From Mobula hypostoma (taxonomy: Eukaryota), in the NCBI RefSeq assembly GCF_963921235.1, contig NC_086097.1:232192001-232256000 (forward strand): a stretch of DNA of 64,000 bases, given 5' to 3'. Below, in pieces: positions 47,417 through 61,471 of the stretch. Position numbers and translations under genes: made by a program. The notes beneath the pieces are model-generated. The model was given only the letters and a program-made list of their open reading frames with translations, was not told where the DNA came from and searched no databases. Every line of letters begins with the position of its first letter. Position 1 is the first letter of the stretch.

Positions 47417-50400
47417 CTCATGTACAAAGCACCTTATCAAAGACCTGCTGAAAATCCAAGTAAACAACATCCACTAACACTCCCTTGTCTATCCCGCCTA
47501 TTAGTTCCTCAAAGAATTCCAACAGATTGGTCAGGCAATATTTCTGCTTAAGAAAACAATGCTGACTTTGGCCTATTTTATCATGTGCCTCCAAGTACCC
47601 CAAAACCTCATCTTTAATAACAGACAACACCTTTCCGACCATTGAAATCAGTCTCACTGGCCTATAATTTCCTTCCTACTTCCTCCTTTCTTTCTTAAAG
47701 AGTGGAATGACATTTGCAATTTTCCAGTCCTCCAGAACCATTCCCGAATCCAATGATTCTTGAAAGAGCATTACTTTAGGTCGGGAGACAGGGAGGAATT
47801 GCAACCTGTGCAGAGGAAGCTAAAGGAGAAGATCGGGGTGGCTAAAGGGGAATACAGGAGAGATCTGGAGGGAAAGCTTGGCCAGAGAAGCACGCAGGAG
47901 GTGTGGGGAAGCATGAAGAATATCACTGGCTCCAATCAGCCTCAGAATGCAGCCGTGAATGGGTCAATGAGTTAAACCAATTCTTCAATAGGTTTGACAA
48001 TTGCCCTCCTGTTCACACCCCTCTCAGCACACCAGTCCAGGTGCCGAGGCACCCATTGGTCCCTCAGCACCAACGCCGCCCCTTCTCCCTCCTCCCCCCT
48101 CCAGTTCAACACGTGGATGAACAACACAGGCTACCACTGTCTACATCCCCTCCTTGCCCTGCACCTTCACATACCAACTGCTATTGTCCCGATCTTCACC
48201 TCCAACAGCCCCCACCTTCCACCAACTCCCCAGTCATCATGGACTCACCTTCACTACTGAGCAGGAGAGAAGGTCTCTGGGGAAACTCAGATACGGCAAA
48301 GCATTGGGATGAGATGGTGTGAATCCCAAGGTCCTGAAGGTGTGTGCTGAGCAGCTGTGTGGAGCTCTCCAGCAATCTGAGTCTCAGCCTGGAAAGGGTC
48401 CCAGCTGTGTGGAGAACATCATGTGTGCTCTAGCACCCAGGAAGGGCCAACTGAAAATCTTGATTGACTACCATCCAGTGGCCCTGACCTCACACATCAT
48501 GAAGACCCTGGAGAGGATGGCCCTGGCTCACCTCCGACTCCTGATCAGATCAGCCCTCAATCCACAACATTTGCCTACCAGGAACACATTGGAGTCGACG
48601 ATGCTGTCATCTACCTGCTGAACAAAGCCTACTCCCATTTGGATAAACAGGGCAGCACTGTGAGGATCATGCTTTTTCAAATTTTTCAGGTGCCTTCCAT
48701 ATCATACAGCCCTCATTGCTGGGGGGAAAGCTCCATTCAATGCAGGGTGGCAATTCCATTGTATCCTGGATAATGGACACCTAACTGCGGCTTCAGAGCT
48801 GTGTGTCAGACATGGCCTTAAGTAGCACTGAGGCCCCACAGGAAAATGTGTTTGCTCTCTTCCTGCTTACCCTGTATACTTCAGACTTTAGATACAGTCT
48901 GAATGAGTCATGTCATCTGCAGAAATTCTCTGATGACTCAGCAATAGTTGGGTGTATAAAGGGCGTTCGGGAGGATGAATGCAGGGCCCTGGTGGAGGAC
49001 TTTGCCAAATGGTGCAAGCTGAATCATCTGCAGCTCAACATCAGCAAGACGAAGGAGATGGTGATGAACTTTAGGAAGCCTAAAACTGCATTGCTCCCTG
49101 TTACTATTGATGGTGAGGACCTACAAGTACCTGGGGGTGCACCTGGATGACAGACTTGACTGGAGCACCAACAGATAAGTTGTGTACAAAAAAGGCCATG
49201 TTCTCCTCCACCTCCTGAGGAGACTGAGGTCCTTTGGTGTATGTAGGCCTCTTCTTTACTTGTTCTACCAGCCTGCTGTCGCCAGTACAATCTTCTATGC
49301 GGTGGTGTGCTGGTGCAATGGCATCAACACAGGTGATACCAACAGGCTCAATAAACTGATTAGAAAGGCTGGGCCTGTTATAGGAGTCAAACTGAACACA
49401 TTGGAGGCTGTGGCAGAACAAAGGACCCTATGGAAAATCCTGGCAATTCTGGACAATGTTTCTCACCCTCTGCATGCCACCTTGGCTAAACAGAAGAGCA
49501 CTTTTAGTAATAGACATCTAGGCAACTGTGCTGCTCCAAAGAGGACTAAATAAGGCCATTCTTACCCTTGGCCTTTGGGTTCTATAATGAGTCAACCTAT
49601 AGCCGGGGAAGTGATGACCCCCTCCTGTTAGACTGTTCTAGGTAACTTAGTTTTTATTCTTTCTTACTTCTTTTCTAATATTTGTCTATTTGTATATCTG
49701 TGCACTTGTAATGCTATTGTGACTCTGTAATTTCCTTTGGGATCAATACAGTACCTATCTATCCATCTATCTATCTACTAATACAATCTCTTCAGCTCCC
49801 TTTTTCAGAACCCTGGGCTGTAGTCCATCTGGTCCAGGTGACTTATCTACCTTCAGACCTTTCAGCTTCCCAAGCACCTTCCCCTTCATAATAGCAACTA
49901 CACTCATTTCTGTCCCCTGACACTCTTAAATTTATGGCCAACTGCTGGAGTTTTCCACAGTGAAGACTGATGAAAAATACTTATTAAGTTCATCCACCAT
50001 TTCTTTGTTCCTCATTTCTACCCAGCCAGCATCATTTTCCAGCCATCCAATATCCATTCTTGTCTCTGTTTTATTCTTTATATATCTGAACAAACTTTTG
50101 GTATCTTTTGATATTATTGGCTAGCTTCATATTTCACCTTTTCTCTCTCTATGGCTTTTTGAGGTTCCTTCTGTTGGTTTTTAAAAGCTTCCCAATCTTC
50201 TAACCTTCCACTAGTTTTTGCCATATTACATGCCCTGCCTTTTGCTTTTATGCTGTCTTTGACCTCCCTTGTCAGCAACAGTTGCCTCATCCTCCTTTCA
50301 GAATACTTCTTCTATGTTGTTCATTTTCGTGCGTTGTGGCACAATGAGTGCCATTTTTGCTGTTGCAGTAGCATTTGACTGTTTTTTCACGAGGATGAAT

Positions 50401-50670
50401 GGCCAGTTTGATGCTCAACCCATCAAGGATAGAAAACGTGCAAGCAGTTGGCCAGATTCAAATTCAGGACCATTCACCTCAAAGTCCAGTGCCAATGCCA
50501 CCACATCACCTACTGGCACTTCTTCTTTGGGATGTACCTATCCTGCACCTTCTGAATTCCCACTGAGAAACTCCAGAAATTGTGTCCTGCTAGTGTTCCC
50601 TTCCAAAATCTTTGGCTAGCTCCTCTCTCAGGCCTCTGTAATTCTCTTTACTCCACTGTAATACTGATAC
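47417..50670 (-). mobile_element. Decayed CR1 ORF2, interrupted by Rex1 (47776-49777) and a tRNA-SINE (~50316-50517)
   Basis: QSQHCF..CLTNLLEFFEE..VDVVYLDFQQVFDKV; CR1 resumes after the inserts; ACTTCTTCT is repeated at both flanks of the SINE. Confidence 0.75.
47776..49777 (+). mobile_element. Rex1/Babar-like LINE, decayed RT, with (ATCT)n tail
   Basis: DYHPVALTSHIMKTLER, LQKFSDDSAIVG, LQLNISKTKEMVMNFRK, STIFYAVVCW. Confidence 0.88.
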
Positions 50671-50961
50671 AACTCTCCAAGGTTTCTGCAATTCCACATT
50701 GTGACTGGTCAAGACAAATTAGTGAAGTCTTTCCACCACTCCTCTGAACACAACTGAAATGAAATAAACCCTTTTTATTGCGCAGGTGATTAAACAATAT
50801 TTATTGGAACCTGTTGATTTTTGGAACATTATGTTGAAGTGAAAAAGGATACATGAATGCAGAATACCTAAATTGTATGTTATACATTGCTGAAGATAAT
50901 GCCTTTTTTCTTCTAGTTCTAACCTTTCCTTGTCACCAAGTTCAAGAACAAAACTTACCTG

Positions 50962-52975
50962 CAACCAACACACATCAAAGTTGCTGGTGAACGCAGCAGG
51001 CCAGGCAGCATCACTAGGAAGAGGTACAGTCAATGTTTTAGGCCGAGACCCTTCGTCAGGACTAACTGAAGGAAAAGTTAGTAAGAGATTTGAAAGTGGG
51101 AGGGGGAGGGGGAGATCCAAAATGATAGGAGAAGACAGGAGGGGGAGGGATAGAGCCGAGAGCTGGACAGGTGATTGGCAAAGGGGATATGAGAGGATCA
51201 TGGGACAGGAGGTCCGGGGAGAAAGACAAGGGAGGGGGGGAACCCAGAGGATGGGCAAGGGGTATAGTCAGAGGGACAGAGGGAGAAAAAGGAGAGTGTG
51301 TATAAAAATAAATAACAGATGGGGTACGAGGGGGAGGTGGGGCATTAGCGGAAGTTAGAGAAGTCGATGTTCATGCCATCAGGTTGGAGGCTACCCAGAA
51401 GGAATATAAGGTGTTGTTCCTCCAATCTGAGTGTGGCTTCATCTTTACAGTAGAGGAGGCCGTGGATAGACATGTCAGAATGGGAATGGGATGTGGAATT
51501 AAAATGTATGGCCACTGCTTTCTCTGGCAGACAGAGCATAGTCGTTCAGCAAAGCGGTCTCCCAGTCTGCGTCAGGTCTCGCCAATATATAGAAGGCCAC
51601 ATCGGGAGCACCGGACGCAGTATATCACCCCAGCCAACTCACAGGTGAAGTGTTGCCTCTCCTGGAAGGACTGTCTGGGGCCCTGAATGGTGGTAAGGGA
51701 GGAAGTGTAAGGGCATGTGTAGCACTTGTTCCACTTACAAGGATAAGTGCCAGGAGGGAGATCAGTGGGGAGGGATGGGGGGGACGAATGGACAAGGGAG
51801 TCACAAAGGGAGCGATCCCTGCAGAAAGCGGGGGGGTGGGGAGGGAAAGATGTGCTTAGTGGTGGGATCCCATTGGAGGTGGCGGAAGTTACGGAGAATA
51901 ATATGTTGGACCCGGAGGCTGGTGGGGTGGTAGGTGAGGACCAGGGGAACCCTATTCCTAGTGGGGTGGCGGGAGGATGGCGTGAGAGCAGATGTGCGTG
52001 AAATGGGGGAGATGCATTTGAGAGCAGAGTTGATGGTGGAAGAAGGGAAGCTCCTTTCTTTAAAAAAGGAGGACATCTCCCTCGTCCTGGAATGAAAAGC
52101 CTCATCCTGACAGCAGATGCGGCGGAGACGGAGGAATTGCGAGAAGGGGATGGCATTTTTTGCAAGAGACAGGGTGGGAAGAGGAATAGTCCAGGTAGCT
52201 GTGAGAGTCCATAGGCTTATAGTAGACATCAGTAGATAAGCTGTCTCCAGAGACAGAGACAGAAAGATCTAGAAAGGGGAGGGAGGTGTCGGAAATGGAC
52301 CAGGTAAACTTGAGGGCAGGGTGAAAGTTGGAGGCAAAGTTAATGAAGTCAACGAGTTCTGCATGTGTGCAGGAAGCAGCGCCAATGCAGTCGTTGACGT
52401 AGCGAAGAAAAAGTGGGGGACAGATACCAGAATAGGTACAGAACATAGATTGTTCCACAAAGCCAACAAAAAGGCAGGCATAGCTAGGACCCATACGGGT
52501 GCCCATAGCTACACCTTTAGTTTGGAGGAAGTGGGAGGAGCCAAAGGAGAAATTATTAAGAGTAAGGACTAATTCCGCTAGACGGAGCAGAGTGGTGGTA
52601 GAGGGGAACTGATTGGGTCTGGAATCCAAAAAGAAGCGGAGAGCTTTGAGACCTTCCTGATGGGGGATGGAAGTACATAGGGACTGGACATCCATGGTGA
52701 AAATAAAGCGGTGGGGGCCAGGGAACTTAAAATCATCGAAAAGTTTAAGAGCGTGAGAAGTGTCACGAACATAAGTAGGAAGGGATTGAACAAGGGGGTG
52801 TAAAACCGTGTCGAGGTATGCAGAAACGAGTTCGGTGGGGCAGGAGCAAGCTGAGACAATAGGTCGGCCAGGACAGGCAGGTTTGTGGATCTTGGGTAGG
52901 AGGTAGAAACGGGAAGTGCGGGGTGTGGGAACTATAAGGTTGGTAGCAGTGGATGGGAGATCCCCTGAGCGGATA
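50962..52975 (-). mobile_element. Penelope-like element (Neptune-type), 5'-truncated
   Basis: RT plus Cys-rich linker (CKWNKCYTC), GIY-YIG endonuclease (VIYCVRCSRCGLLYIGET) and pLTR with a hammerhead remnant. Confidence 0.92.
51345..52975 (-). pseudogene. Penelope RT/GIY-YIG ORF, frameshifted
   Basis: FYLLPKIHK..PGRPIVS, TMDVQSL, QTKGVAMGTRMGPSYA, LRYVND (YxDD altered), LPFLDL; frameshifts near 52150 and 51830, stop after YIGET. Confidence 0.9.
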
Positions 52976-53489
52976 CACTGAACCAACCTGAATAGTCCTA
53001 ATCACAACTGAGCAACACTGAGAACATTGACTACTTTGCGCTGGAATGGAGTTTATCTTTTTTTATTTTAGTTATGTTCTTTCTTGTATAACTTGCGTTT
53101 AGTTTATGATGGTGTGTACCTGAAATGCTGTTGCACGTAAGCTTTTCACTGCACCTATACAGGTACTTGTGGTAGATGACAATAAATTCAATTTTGACTT
53201 CTTGAAAGCTGAGACAGATCTATCCATCGCTTGGTGTTGAAACATTGAGGAGAGAATCTGCCCTAACGCGTGTGAATGCCTGGTAATCAAGTTATATCAA
53301 AGTACAGAGCATTAAACGAAAACAGAATGATGATGTGTAATTATATCACAAACATTGTTGTAACAATTACTGAACAATAACATCAGAACAGAACGTTTAG
53401 CTCTTTGTGAATTACTAGCTGGCTTGATTACAATTGACAGCTGCAGTAGCAGCAGTTTATATTATATACAGGATACTCTTCAGCAATCA

Positions 53490-56400
53490 GCAATGCTTCA
53501 AGCAGGCTTCAATTATATTGGTGCCTAAGAAGAATGTGGTAACCTACCTCAACAACCACCATGCACTGGCACCTGCATCCACAGTGAAGTGTTTTGAGAG
53601 GTTGATGCTGAAACACATCAACTCCTGCCTGAGAAGTGACTTGGATCAGCTCCAATTTGCCTACCAGAGAAATAGGTCCAGAGCAGATGCCATCTCATTG
53701 GCTCTTCTCTCAACCCAAGAACATCTGGACAGCGAAGGTGCATAGATCACTATGCTCTTTATCAACTACAGCTCAGCATTCAACACTATCGTCCCCTCAA
53801 AACTAATTAACAAGCTTCAAAGCTTTGGCCTCGATAACTTCTTCTGCAATTGGATCCCTGATTTCCTCACTTATAGACCCCAGTCAGTTTGGATTGGCAA
53901 CCAGCATCTACTCCAAAATCTCCTTCAGCACAAGTGCACCACAAGGCTGTGTGCTTAGCCCCCTACTCTACTCGCTTTACACTTTTTTTTCATTTTCATT
54001 TTTAAATCTTTTTTATTAATTATTATTGAAGATCAACAAAAAATACATTAAAGTAATCAAGTCAACATGTCAATATGTACAATGAGAAATTAAACTATCA
54101 AATAGCTGATTAACAAGGCTAAACAATATATCAATAATAATAAGAAAAAATAAAATGTTAAAACTATTTTTTTTGGAAAAAAGAAAGAAAAAAGAACCCC
54201 TACTAACTAAAACAAAAAAACCCTACTAACAAAAAAAATGAAAAAAAAAACTCATTGAGAGCACAACCCTGGAGCTATATGCCATACAAGCTTCCATAAA
54301 AGAAAAACATCAATCCGGTAACTCAAATCTATTTAAACAAGAGTCGAAAGGGAACCATCTTAATTAACTCGAATCAAATGATAGTAGCGAGCAAAAGAAC
54401 CCCACCTTTCCTCAAAGTCAAATCGAGGATCGAAAGTTCAACTTCTGATTTTCTCCAAACTAAGACATAGCATCACCTGAGAGAACCATTGTATCAAAGT
54501 GGGAGCAGAGACATCTTTCCATTTCAATAAAATAGCCCTTCCGGCCAATAATGTAACAAATGCAATTACTTGTTGGTCTGATACAGAAATACCATGAATA
54601 TATTGAGGGATTATACCAAACAAAACTGTCAATTTATTAGGTTGTAAATTAATTTTTAAAGCTTTAGAAATTGTAGAGAAAATAAATTTCCAAAACTGTT
54701 TCAATACAGAACACGACCAAAGCATATGTGTCAATGTAGCTGTCTCAGTTTTACATCTATCATACTGACTATCAACATTCGGAAATATTTTAGACAGTCT
54801 CTCCTTTGTCAAATAGTAACGATGTACAATTTTAAATTGAATTAAAGAATAACTGGCACAAATCAAAGAAGAGTTAACCAACTTCAAAATTCGCAACCAA
54901 TCCTTTGTTATCAAGGTCATGTTAAGCTCTCTTTCCCAATCTTGCTTAATCTTAAGTAAAAGATAATTGTACTGTTGTAATAGTAAATTATAAATTTTCC
55001 CAATAAAACCTTTCACTAAAGGATTCATTTTTAAAATAATGTCTAACAGGTCAGAATCTTGTACATATGGAAAATTACTTAAATATTATTGTAAGATATG
55101 TCTGACCTGAAGATATTGCAAGAAATGTGAGTACAAGAGAAAGTATTTAGTTACTAATTTCTCAAAAGACATCAATCCACCTTCTTGGAACAGATCCATA
55201 AAGGAATAGGCTCCTTTATTCCTCCAAAGAAAAAAAGTAGGATCACTTAGTGAAGGTTTAAATAAATAATTTTGATAAATTAAACTAAGAAGGTTAAATT
55301 TTTTTAGATTAAAAAATTACGAAACTGGTACCAAATTCGTAATGTCTGCTTAATCATAGGATATAAATTTAGATTAGAAATTTTGGCCAGTTGTACAGGT
55401 AAAGAAGCTCCTAATAACGAAGTTAAGTAAAATTGTTTCACAACTTTCAATTCCAAATCAACCCAAAGTGGTCATTCATTTTTATCAGTCCAATATAACC
55501 AAGAACACATATAACGTATATTAACAGCCCAATAATACATTCTTAAATTAGGCAAAGCAAGACTTCCATCCTTTTATAATTTTTGTAAATGATATTTTTC
55601 AATTCTTGGTCTTCTATTATTCCAAACAAAAGATGAAATAATAGAATCAACCTGATCAAAAGACTTCTTAGTTAAAAAAATAAGAATATTTTGAAATACA
55701 TATAAAAATTTTGGTAAAATCATCATTTTAACCACACGAATTCGGCCAGCTAACGAAAGTATAAGAGGATTCCATCTACAAAATAATTGCTTCATAAAAT
55801 CCACTCAAGGAACCAAATTAGCTCTATAAAGGTTTCTGTAATTTTTAGTGATGATAATACCTAAATATTTAAAAGAGTCTGTAACTTTAAAAGGAATGTC
55901 ATCATATTTAGAGGAAATAATTCACTTATGACTGAGTGGCTAAGCACAGCTCCATTGTCATATTTAAGTTTGCTGACATTGGCCAAGTCAAAGGTGGTGA
56001 TTAATCAGCATATTGGAGGGAGATTGAAAAACTGGCTGAGTAGTGCCCCAATAACAGCCTCTCACTCAATGTCAGCAAGACCAAGGAGCTGATTATTGAC
56101 TTCAGGAGGAGGAAACTGGTAGTCCATGAGCCAGTTGTCATCTGGTGATCAGAAGTGGAGAGGGTCAGCGACTGTAAATTCCTTCAGAGGGCCAGTCCTA
56201 GGCCAAGTACACAAGTGCAATTATGACGACAGCACAGCAGAACCTCTACTTTCTTCAAAGCTGGTAAAGATTTGGGATGACATTTAAAACTTCGACAAAC
56301 TTCTATAGTTATGTGGTGGAGAGTATATTAACTGGTTGTATCACAGCCTGGAATGGAAACACCAATGCCCTTGAATGGAAAATCCTACAAAAGTAGTGAA

Positions 56401-56775
56401 TACGGCCCAATCCATCACGGGTAAAGTCCTCCCCACCATTGAGAACATCTACGTTAAATGCTATCGCAGGAAAGCAGCATCTATCAGCAGAGACCCCCAC
56501 TACCCGTGTTCTCTTCTCACTGCTGCCATCAGGAAGAAGGTACAAGATGTGCTATTATGTGCGTAATAAAGAACTTCATTTCCCAGTGGGCAATGCAAGG
56601 AGTTCACCTGGAACCGGAAACTATGATGGTGACACACCCACAGGGTTGAGCAGCAGTTCAGTAATAAAATGTTCTAACATAAACCAACACCAAGTTTGTC
56701 CTTATTAAGATCAAACATAAGAAGAGCCTCAGGACTCACACCGGCAGGTTCAGGAATTGTTATTACACTTCAACC
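53490..56775 (+). mobile_element. Decayed Rex1/Babar-like RT, split by L1 (53982-55918) and by a 174-bp insert
   Basis: [51 protein letters not shown]; the element resumes at CACTTATGACTG (~55923). Confidence 0.85.
53982..55918 (-). mobile_element. L1-clade LINE 3' fragment
   Basis: LSLAGRIRVVKMMILPKFLYVFQ, QFKIVHRYY, C..ATLTHMLWSC zinc-knuckle remnant; A-rich tail; CACTT at both flanks. Confidence 0.85.
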
Positions 56776-57859
56776 AACTAGTGGGATAGGTACATGGAGC
56801 TGAGAAAAATAGAGGGCTATTGGTAACCCTAGGTAATTTCTAAGGTAAGGACGTGTCTGGCACAGCTTTGTGGGCTGAAGGGCCTGTATAGTACTGTAGG
56901 TTTTCTATATTTCTATGTTTCTAACTTCATTCACCTTCATTTGCCCCACCATTAAACTGTTCCCTAAACCTATGGACTGATTTTCAAGTGCTCTTCATCT
57001 CATGTTCTCAATATTTATTGCTTATTTATTTATTATTATTAATTATTCCTTCTTTTGTCTTTGCATACTTGTTGTCTTTTGCAGATTGGTTGTTTGCCCG
57101 CCCTGTTGGTTGCGGTGTTTTATTGATTCTATTTTGGTTCTTGGATTTACTGACTGTGCCCAAAGAAAATGAATCTTTGGGTTGTTTATGGTGACATATA
57201 TGTACTTCGATAATAAATTTACCTTGAACTTTGAACTCACTGAGGCTGTGAGAATGCACCTTCCAAGTGCAAGACCAGCTTGAAGAACAAGAGCAGCAAA
57301 ATCAGGGAAAGGCCAGGGAAGTTGCATCCTAACTTGGAAATATTTTGTCATTTCTTCACCATCACTCAATCAAAATCCATGCACTCCCTAATGGCATTGT
57401 GAGTATATCCATTCCTCAAGCACCTGACGGGCCAAGTGACCTAATCTTGCACCTATGTCTCCTGGTTTTATAGAAACTACAATGGTTCAAGAAGACACCT
57501 TGTCAAGGGCAATTAAGGATCGGTAACCAAATGTTGGCTCACCTATGAAGTACACATCCCTCAAATAAATATTTTAAACATGATGATAGTTGGGAATGAG
57601 AATCAGGTTTTACCACACTAAATGCTCTACACAACTGCAAAGACTATTCTTTCTCCATATTTTAATATTTGAAAGAGAGGAATTAGATTACTGCTGAAGT
57701 GGTACTGTTGTGAAGTAGTCCAATGAGTCATTGGGGGTAGACATCAATACTGTAAGCATTGTCTTTATTTTTTAGATGTAAAATAGGGCAAACACTCACC
57801 AACATATCAGCAGAGTAGTCTGCATTGTTTTAAGTGTCTTGGGTGTCTCCTTAAATATG

Positions 57860-58912
57860 TAGAAACATAGAAAACATACAGCACAATACAGGCCCTTCGG
57901 ACCACAAAGTTGTGCCGAACATGTCCCTACCTTAGAAATTAGTAGGGTTACCCATAGCCCTCTACCTTTCTAAGTTCCATGCACCTATCCAAAAGTCTCT
58001 CAAAAGACTCCATCGTATCTGCCTCCACCACTGTTGCCGGCAGCCCATTCCACGCATTCACCACTCTCCGCTTAAAAAGACTTACCCCTGACATCTCCTC
58101 CGCACCTACTCCCCAGCACCTTACAGCTGTGCCCTCTTGTGGCAGCCATTTTAGCCCAAAAAGCATCTGACTATCCATACGATCAATGCCTCTCGCCATC
58201 CTATACACATCTATCAGGTCACCTCTCATCCTCCGTCGCTCCAAGGAGAAAAGGCTGAGTTCACTCAACCTGTTTTCATAAGGCAAGCTCCCCAGTCCAG
58301 GCAACATCCCGCAAATCTCTTCTGCACCCCCTTCACGGTTTCCACATACTTCCTATAGAGAGGCAACCAAAACTGAGCACAGCACTCCAAGCTGGATCCG
58401 ACCAGGGCTGCAACACAACCTCTCGGCTCCAAAATTCAATTCAACGACTGATGAAGGCCAATACACTGTACGCCTTCTTAACCACAGAGTCAACTCGCGC
58501 AGCTTCCCTGAGCGTCCCATGGACTCGGACCCCAAGATCCCTCTGATCCTCCACACTGCCAAGAATCCCACCATTAATACTATATTCTGCCATCATAATT
58601 GAGCTACCAAAATGAACCACCTCACACTTAACTGGGCTGAACACCATCTGCCACTTCTCAGCCCAGTTTTGCATCCTATCAATGTCCCGCTGTAAACTCT
58701 GACAGCCCTCCACACTATCCACAACATCCCCAACCTTTGTGTCATTAGCAAACTTACTAACCCATCCCTCCACTTCCTCATCCAGGTCATTTATAAAAAT
58801 CATGAAGAGTAAGGGTCCCAGAACAGATCCCTGAGGCACACCACTGGTCACCGACCTCCATGCAGAACACGACCAGTCCACAACCGCTCCTTGCCCTCCA
58901 TGGGCAAGCCAG
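57860..58912 (-). mobile_element. CR1 RT 3' fragment (same subfamily as 37675-38893)
   Basis: VTSGVPQGSVLGPLLFMIFINDLD, RRRMRGDLIDVY, RVVNAWNGLP. Confidence 0.9.
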
Positions 58913-59004
58913 GGACTTGAAATTATGTATGTTCAAGATTGAGGTGAAGCAGGAGTGCTTTCACTTTGGTTGAATATCAAAGTCAAAGTAAAATTTATTT
59001 TCAA

Positions 59005-60335
59005 AATTGAATTGAATTGACTTTATTTTTTACATCCTTCCATACATGAGGAGTAAAAATCTTTGCGTTACGTCTCCATCTAAATGTGCAATGTGCAATC
59101 ATAGTAATTTATAATAACTTATAATAAATAGAACAGTCAATGTAATATAGAGTACATTCAAATCAGCGTGAGTTAATCAGTCTGATGGCCTGGTGGAAGA
59201 AGCTGACCCGGAACCTGTTGGTCTTGGCTTTTATGCTGCGGTACTGTCTCCTGGATGGTAGCAGCTGGAATAGATTGTGGTTAGGGTGACTCAGGTCCCC
59301 AGTGATCCTTCAGGCCCTTTTTTCACACCTGTCTTTGTAAATGTCCTGAATCATGGGAAGTTCACAATTACAGATGCACTAGGCTGTCCACACCACTCTC
59401 TGCAGAATCCTGTGATTAAGGGAGGTACAGTTCCCATACCAGGTATTGATGCAGCCAGTCAGGATGCTCTCAATTGTGCCCCTGTAGAAAGTTCTGAGGA
59501 TTTGGGGGCCCATACCAAACTTCTTCAACCTTCTGAGGTGAAAGAGGTGCTGTTGTGCCTTTTTCACCACACAGCCAGTATGTACAGACCACGTGAGGTC
59601 CTCGATGATGTGGATGCCGAGGAACTTGAAGCTGTTTACCCTCTCAACCCCAGATCCATTGATGTCAATAGGGATTAGCCCATCTCCATTTCTCCTGTAA
59701 TCCACAACCAGCTCCTTTGTTTTTGCGACATTGAGGGGGAGGTTGTTTTCTTGACACAACACCACTGTGTCAGAGAAATGACTTCTTCCCTGTAGGCCAA
59801 TCAATGCACTGTCTTCAGCAAATTTAATTAGCAGATTATAGCTGTGGATGGCAACACGGTCATAGGTATACAGGGAGTAAAGGAGGGGACTCAGTACACA
59901 GTCCTGAGGGACTCCTGTATTGAGAGTCAGAGGGGTGGAGGTGAAGGAGCCCACTCTTACAACCTGCTGGCAATCTGACAGGAAATCCAGGATCCAGCTG
60001 CTCAAGACAGGGTCAAAGCCGAGTTCTCTGAGCTTCCTGTCGAGCCTGGTTGGAACTATGGTGTTGAAATGCTGATTTGTAGTCCAAGAACAGCATTCCC
60101 ACATAAGAATCCAAATGTGTAAGGACGATATGTAGATCACTGGCTATTGCATCGTCTGTCGATCGGTTGTGTCAATAAGCAAATTGTCGGGGGTCCAGTG
60201 TGGGTGGTAGCAAGCTGCAGATGTAGCCCTTGATCGGCCTCTTAAAGCATTTGCTTATTATCAGGTGAGAGCTACAGGACGTCAGTCGTTCAGGCATGTT
60301 ACCATGGTCTTTTTTGGTACAGGGACAATGGTGTA
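59005..60335 (-). mobile_element. Rex1/Babar-like RT 3' fragment
   Basis: [60 protein letters not shown]; (TTCAA)n tail. Confidence 0.9.
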
Positions 60336-61031
60336 CATGTGTCACCACATACTACCTGGAAATTCATTTTATTGCAAGCAGGCGTTTACAGGCAGATAAA
60401 GAAATACAATAGATAGTTTTTATGGGAAACTAGATATGAACAAAGGCTGACAAACAACCAAAGTGCAAAGGAAGACAAATTGTGTAAATAAAAGAAAATA
60501 AATGAGATCATGAGTTATAGCGTCTGTAAAAGTGAGTCTGTAGATCATAGGCTCAGTACTGGTGCGTGAGTTATCCAGATGAGGCTGATGGTTGAAGGGT
60601 AATAGCTTCCTGGACTTGCTGGTGTGGGAACCAAGGCTCCTGTACCTCCTGCCTGATGATTGTAGTGAGAAGAGATCATGGCCTAAGTGGTGGGGCTCCT
60701 TGATGATGGAGGCTGCTTTCCTGAGCCAGAGCTCCATGTAAATGTACTCAGTGGTGGACTGGGCTGATTGATTAATATTTTCCTATACCTCTCTGAACTA
60801 GCCCGTGAGTAAAACCTGAGAATAATTACTAGGAAGGCCAAATTGAAAAGGTCAGTGTGTCGGGGCTCCAAGGCAAGTTCAGCTCGCTGCTCTGCACTGC
60901 ACTGGACGAAGGCCCTGTGGACGGACTGTCTTTGTGGACTTCAGATCAGAACGCTTTTTGCCTGCATTTATTGTTTGCATAACTCACCTTTTCTCCCTCT
61001 GACGGTGTTCATTTTTTTAACGGGTTCTTTT

Positions 61032-61452
61032 TGTCACAATCACGGATTCAGCAGTGCAGTAGATATGGCAATTGCGCTTGTGAATTTGCACGTGTCAGCT
61101 AATTATTATTTAATCGTGATAGTATTTAACTCCATACCTGTCGCCGTAGTGCTTGTCCAGACTTGGACAGAGCACAGCAACGCTTCGCTGCCTGTTTGCT
61201 TTCAGCCTTCCCTGAGAGATTGGACTTTTGAGTCAACTGACTTTGAAGACTAGCGGTATTCGTTTAATGTTTAGATTTTCTTTTCAGCCACAGTGTGGGC
61301 TTCGTCTCCCGTTTGAGAGTTTCAGTTAACGGCCCTATTTTGGCCTAGTGTTTATTTTCCCTTTAACACTGTTCACAATAATGTTTTGTGGACTATCGAC
61401 ATGCTTCAATGTCTCTCACTCTGCACTTGGGCCATGTCCGAACCTGGTAACA
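61032..61452 (+). repeat. 5' LTR (421 bp)
   Basis: TGTCAC...GTAACA termini; TATTTAA at 61123; gag ATG 20 nt downstream. Confidence 0.75.
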
Positions 61453-61471
61453 GCGAGTCTCGAACACAAAG

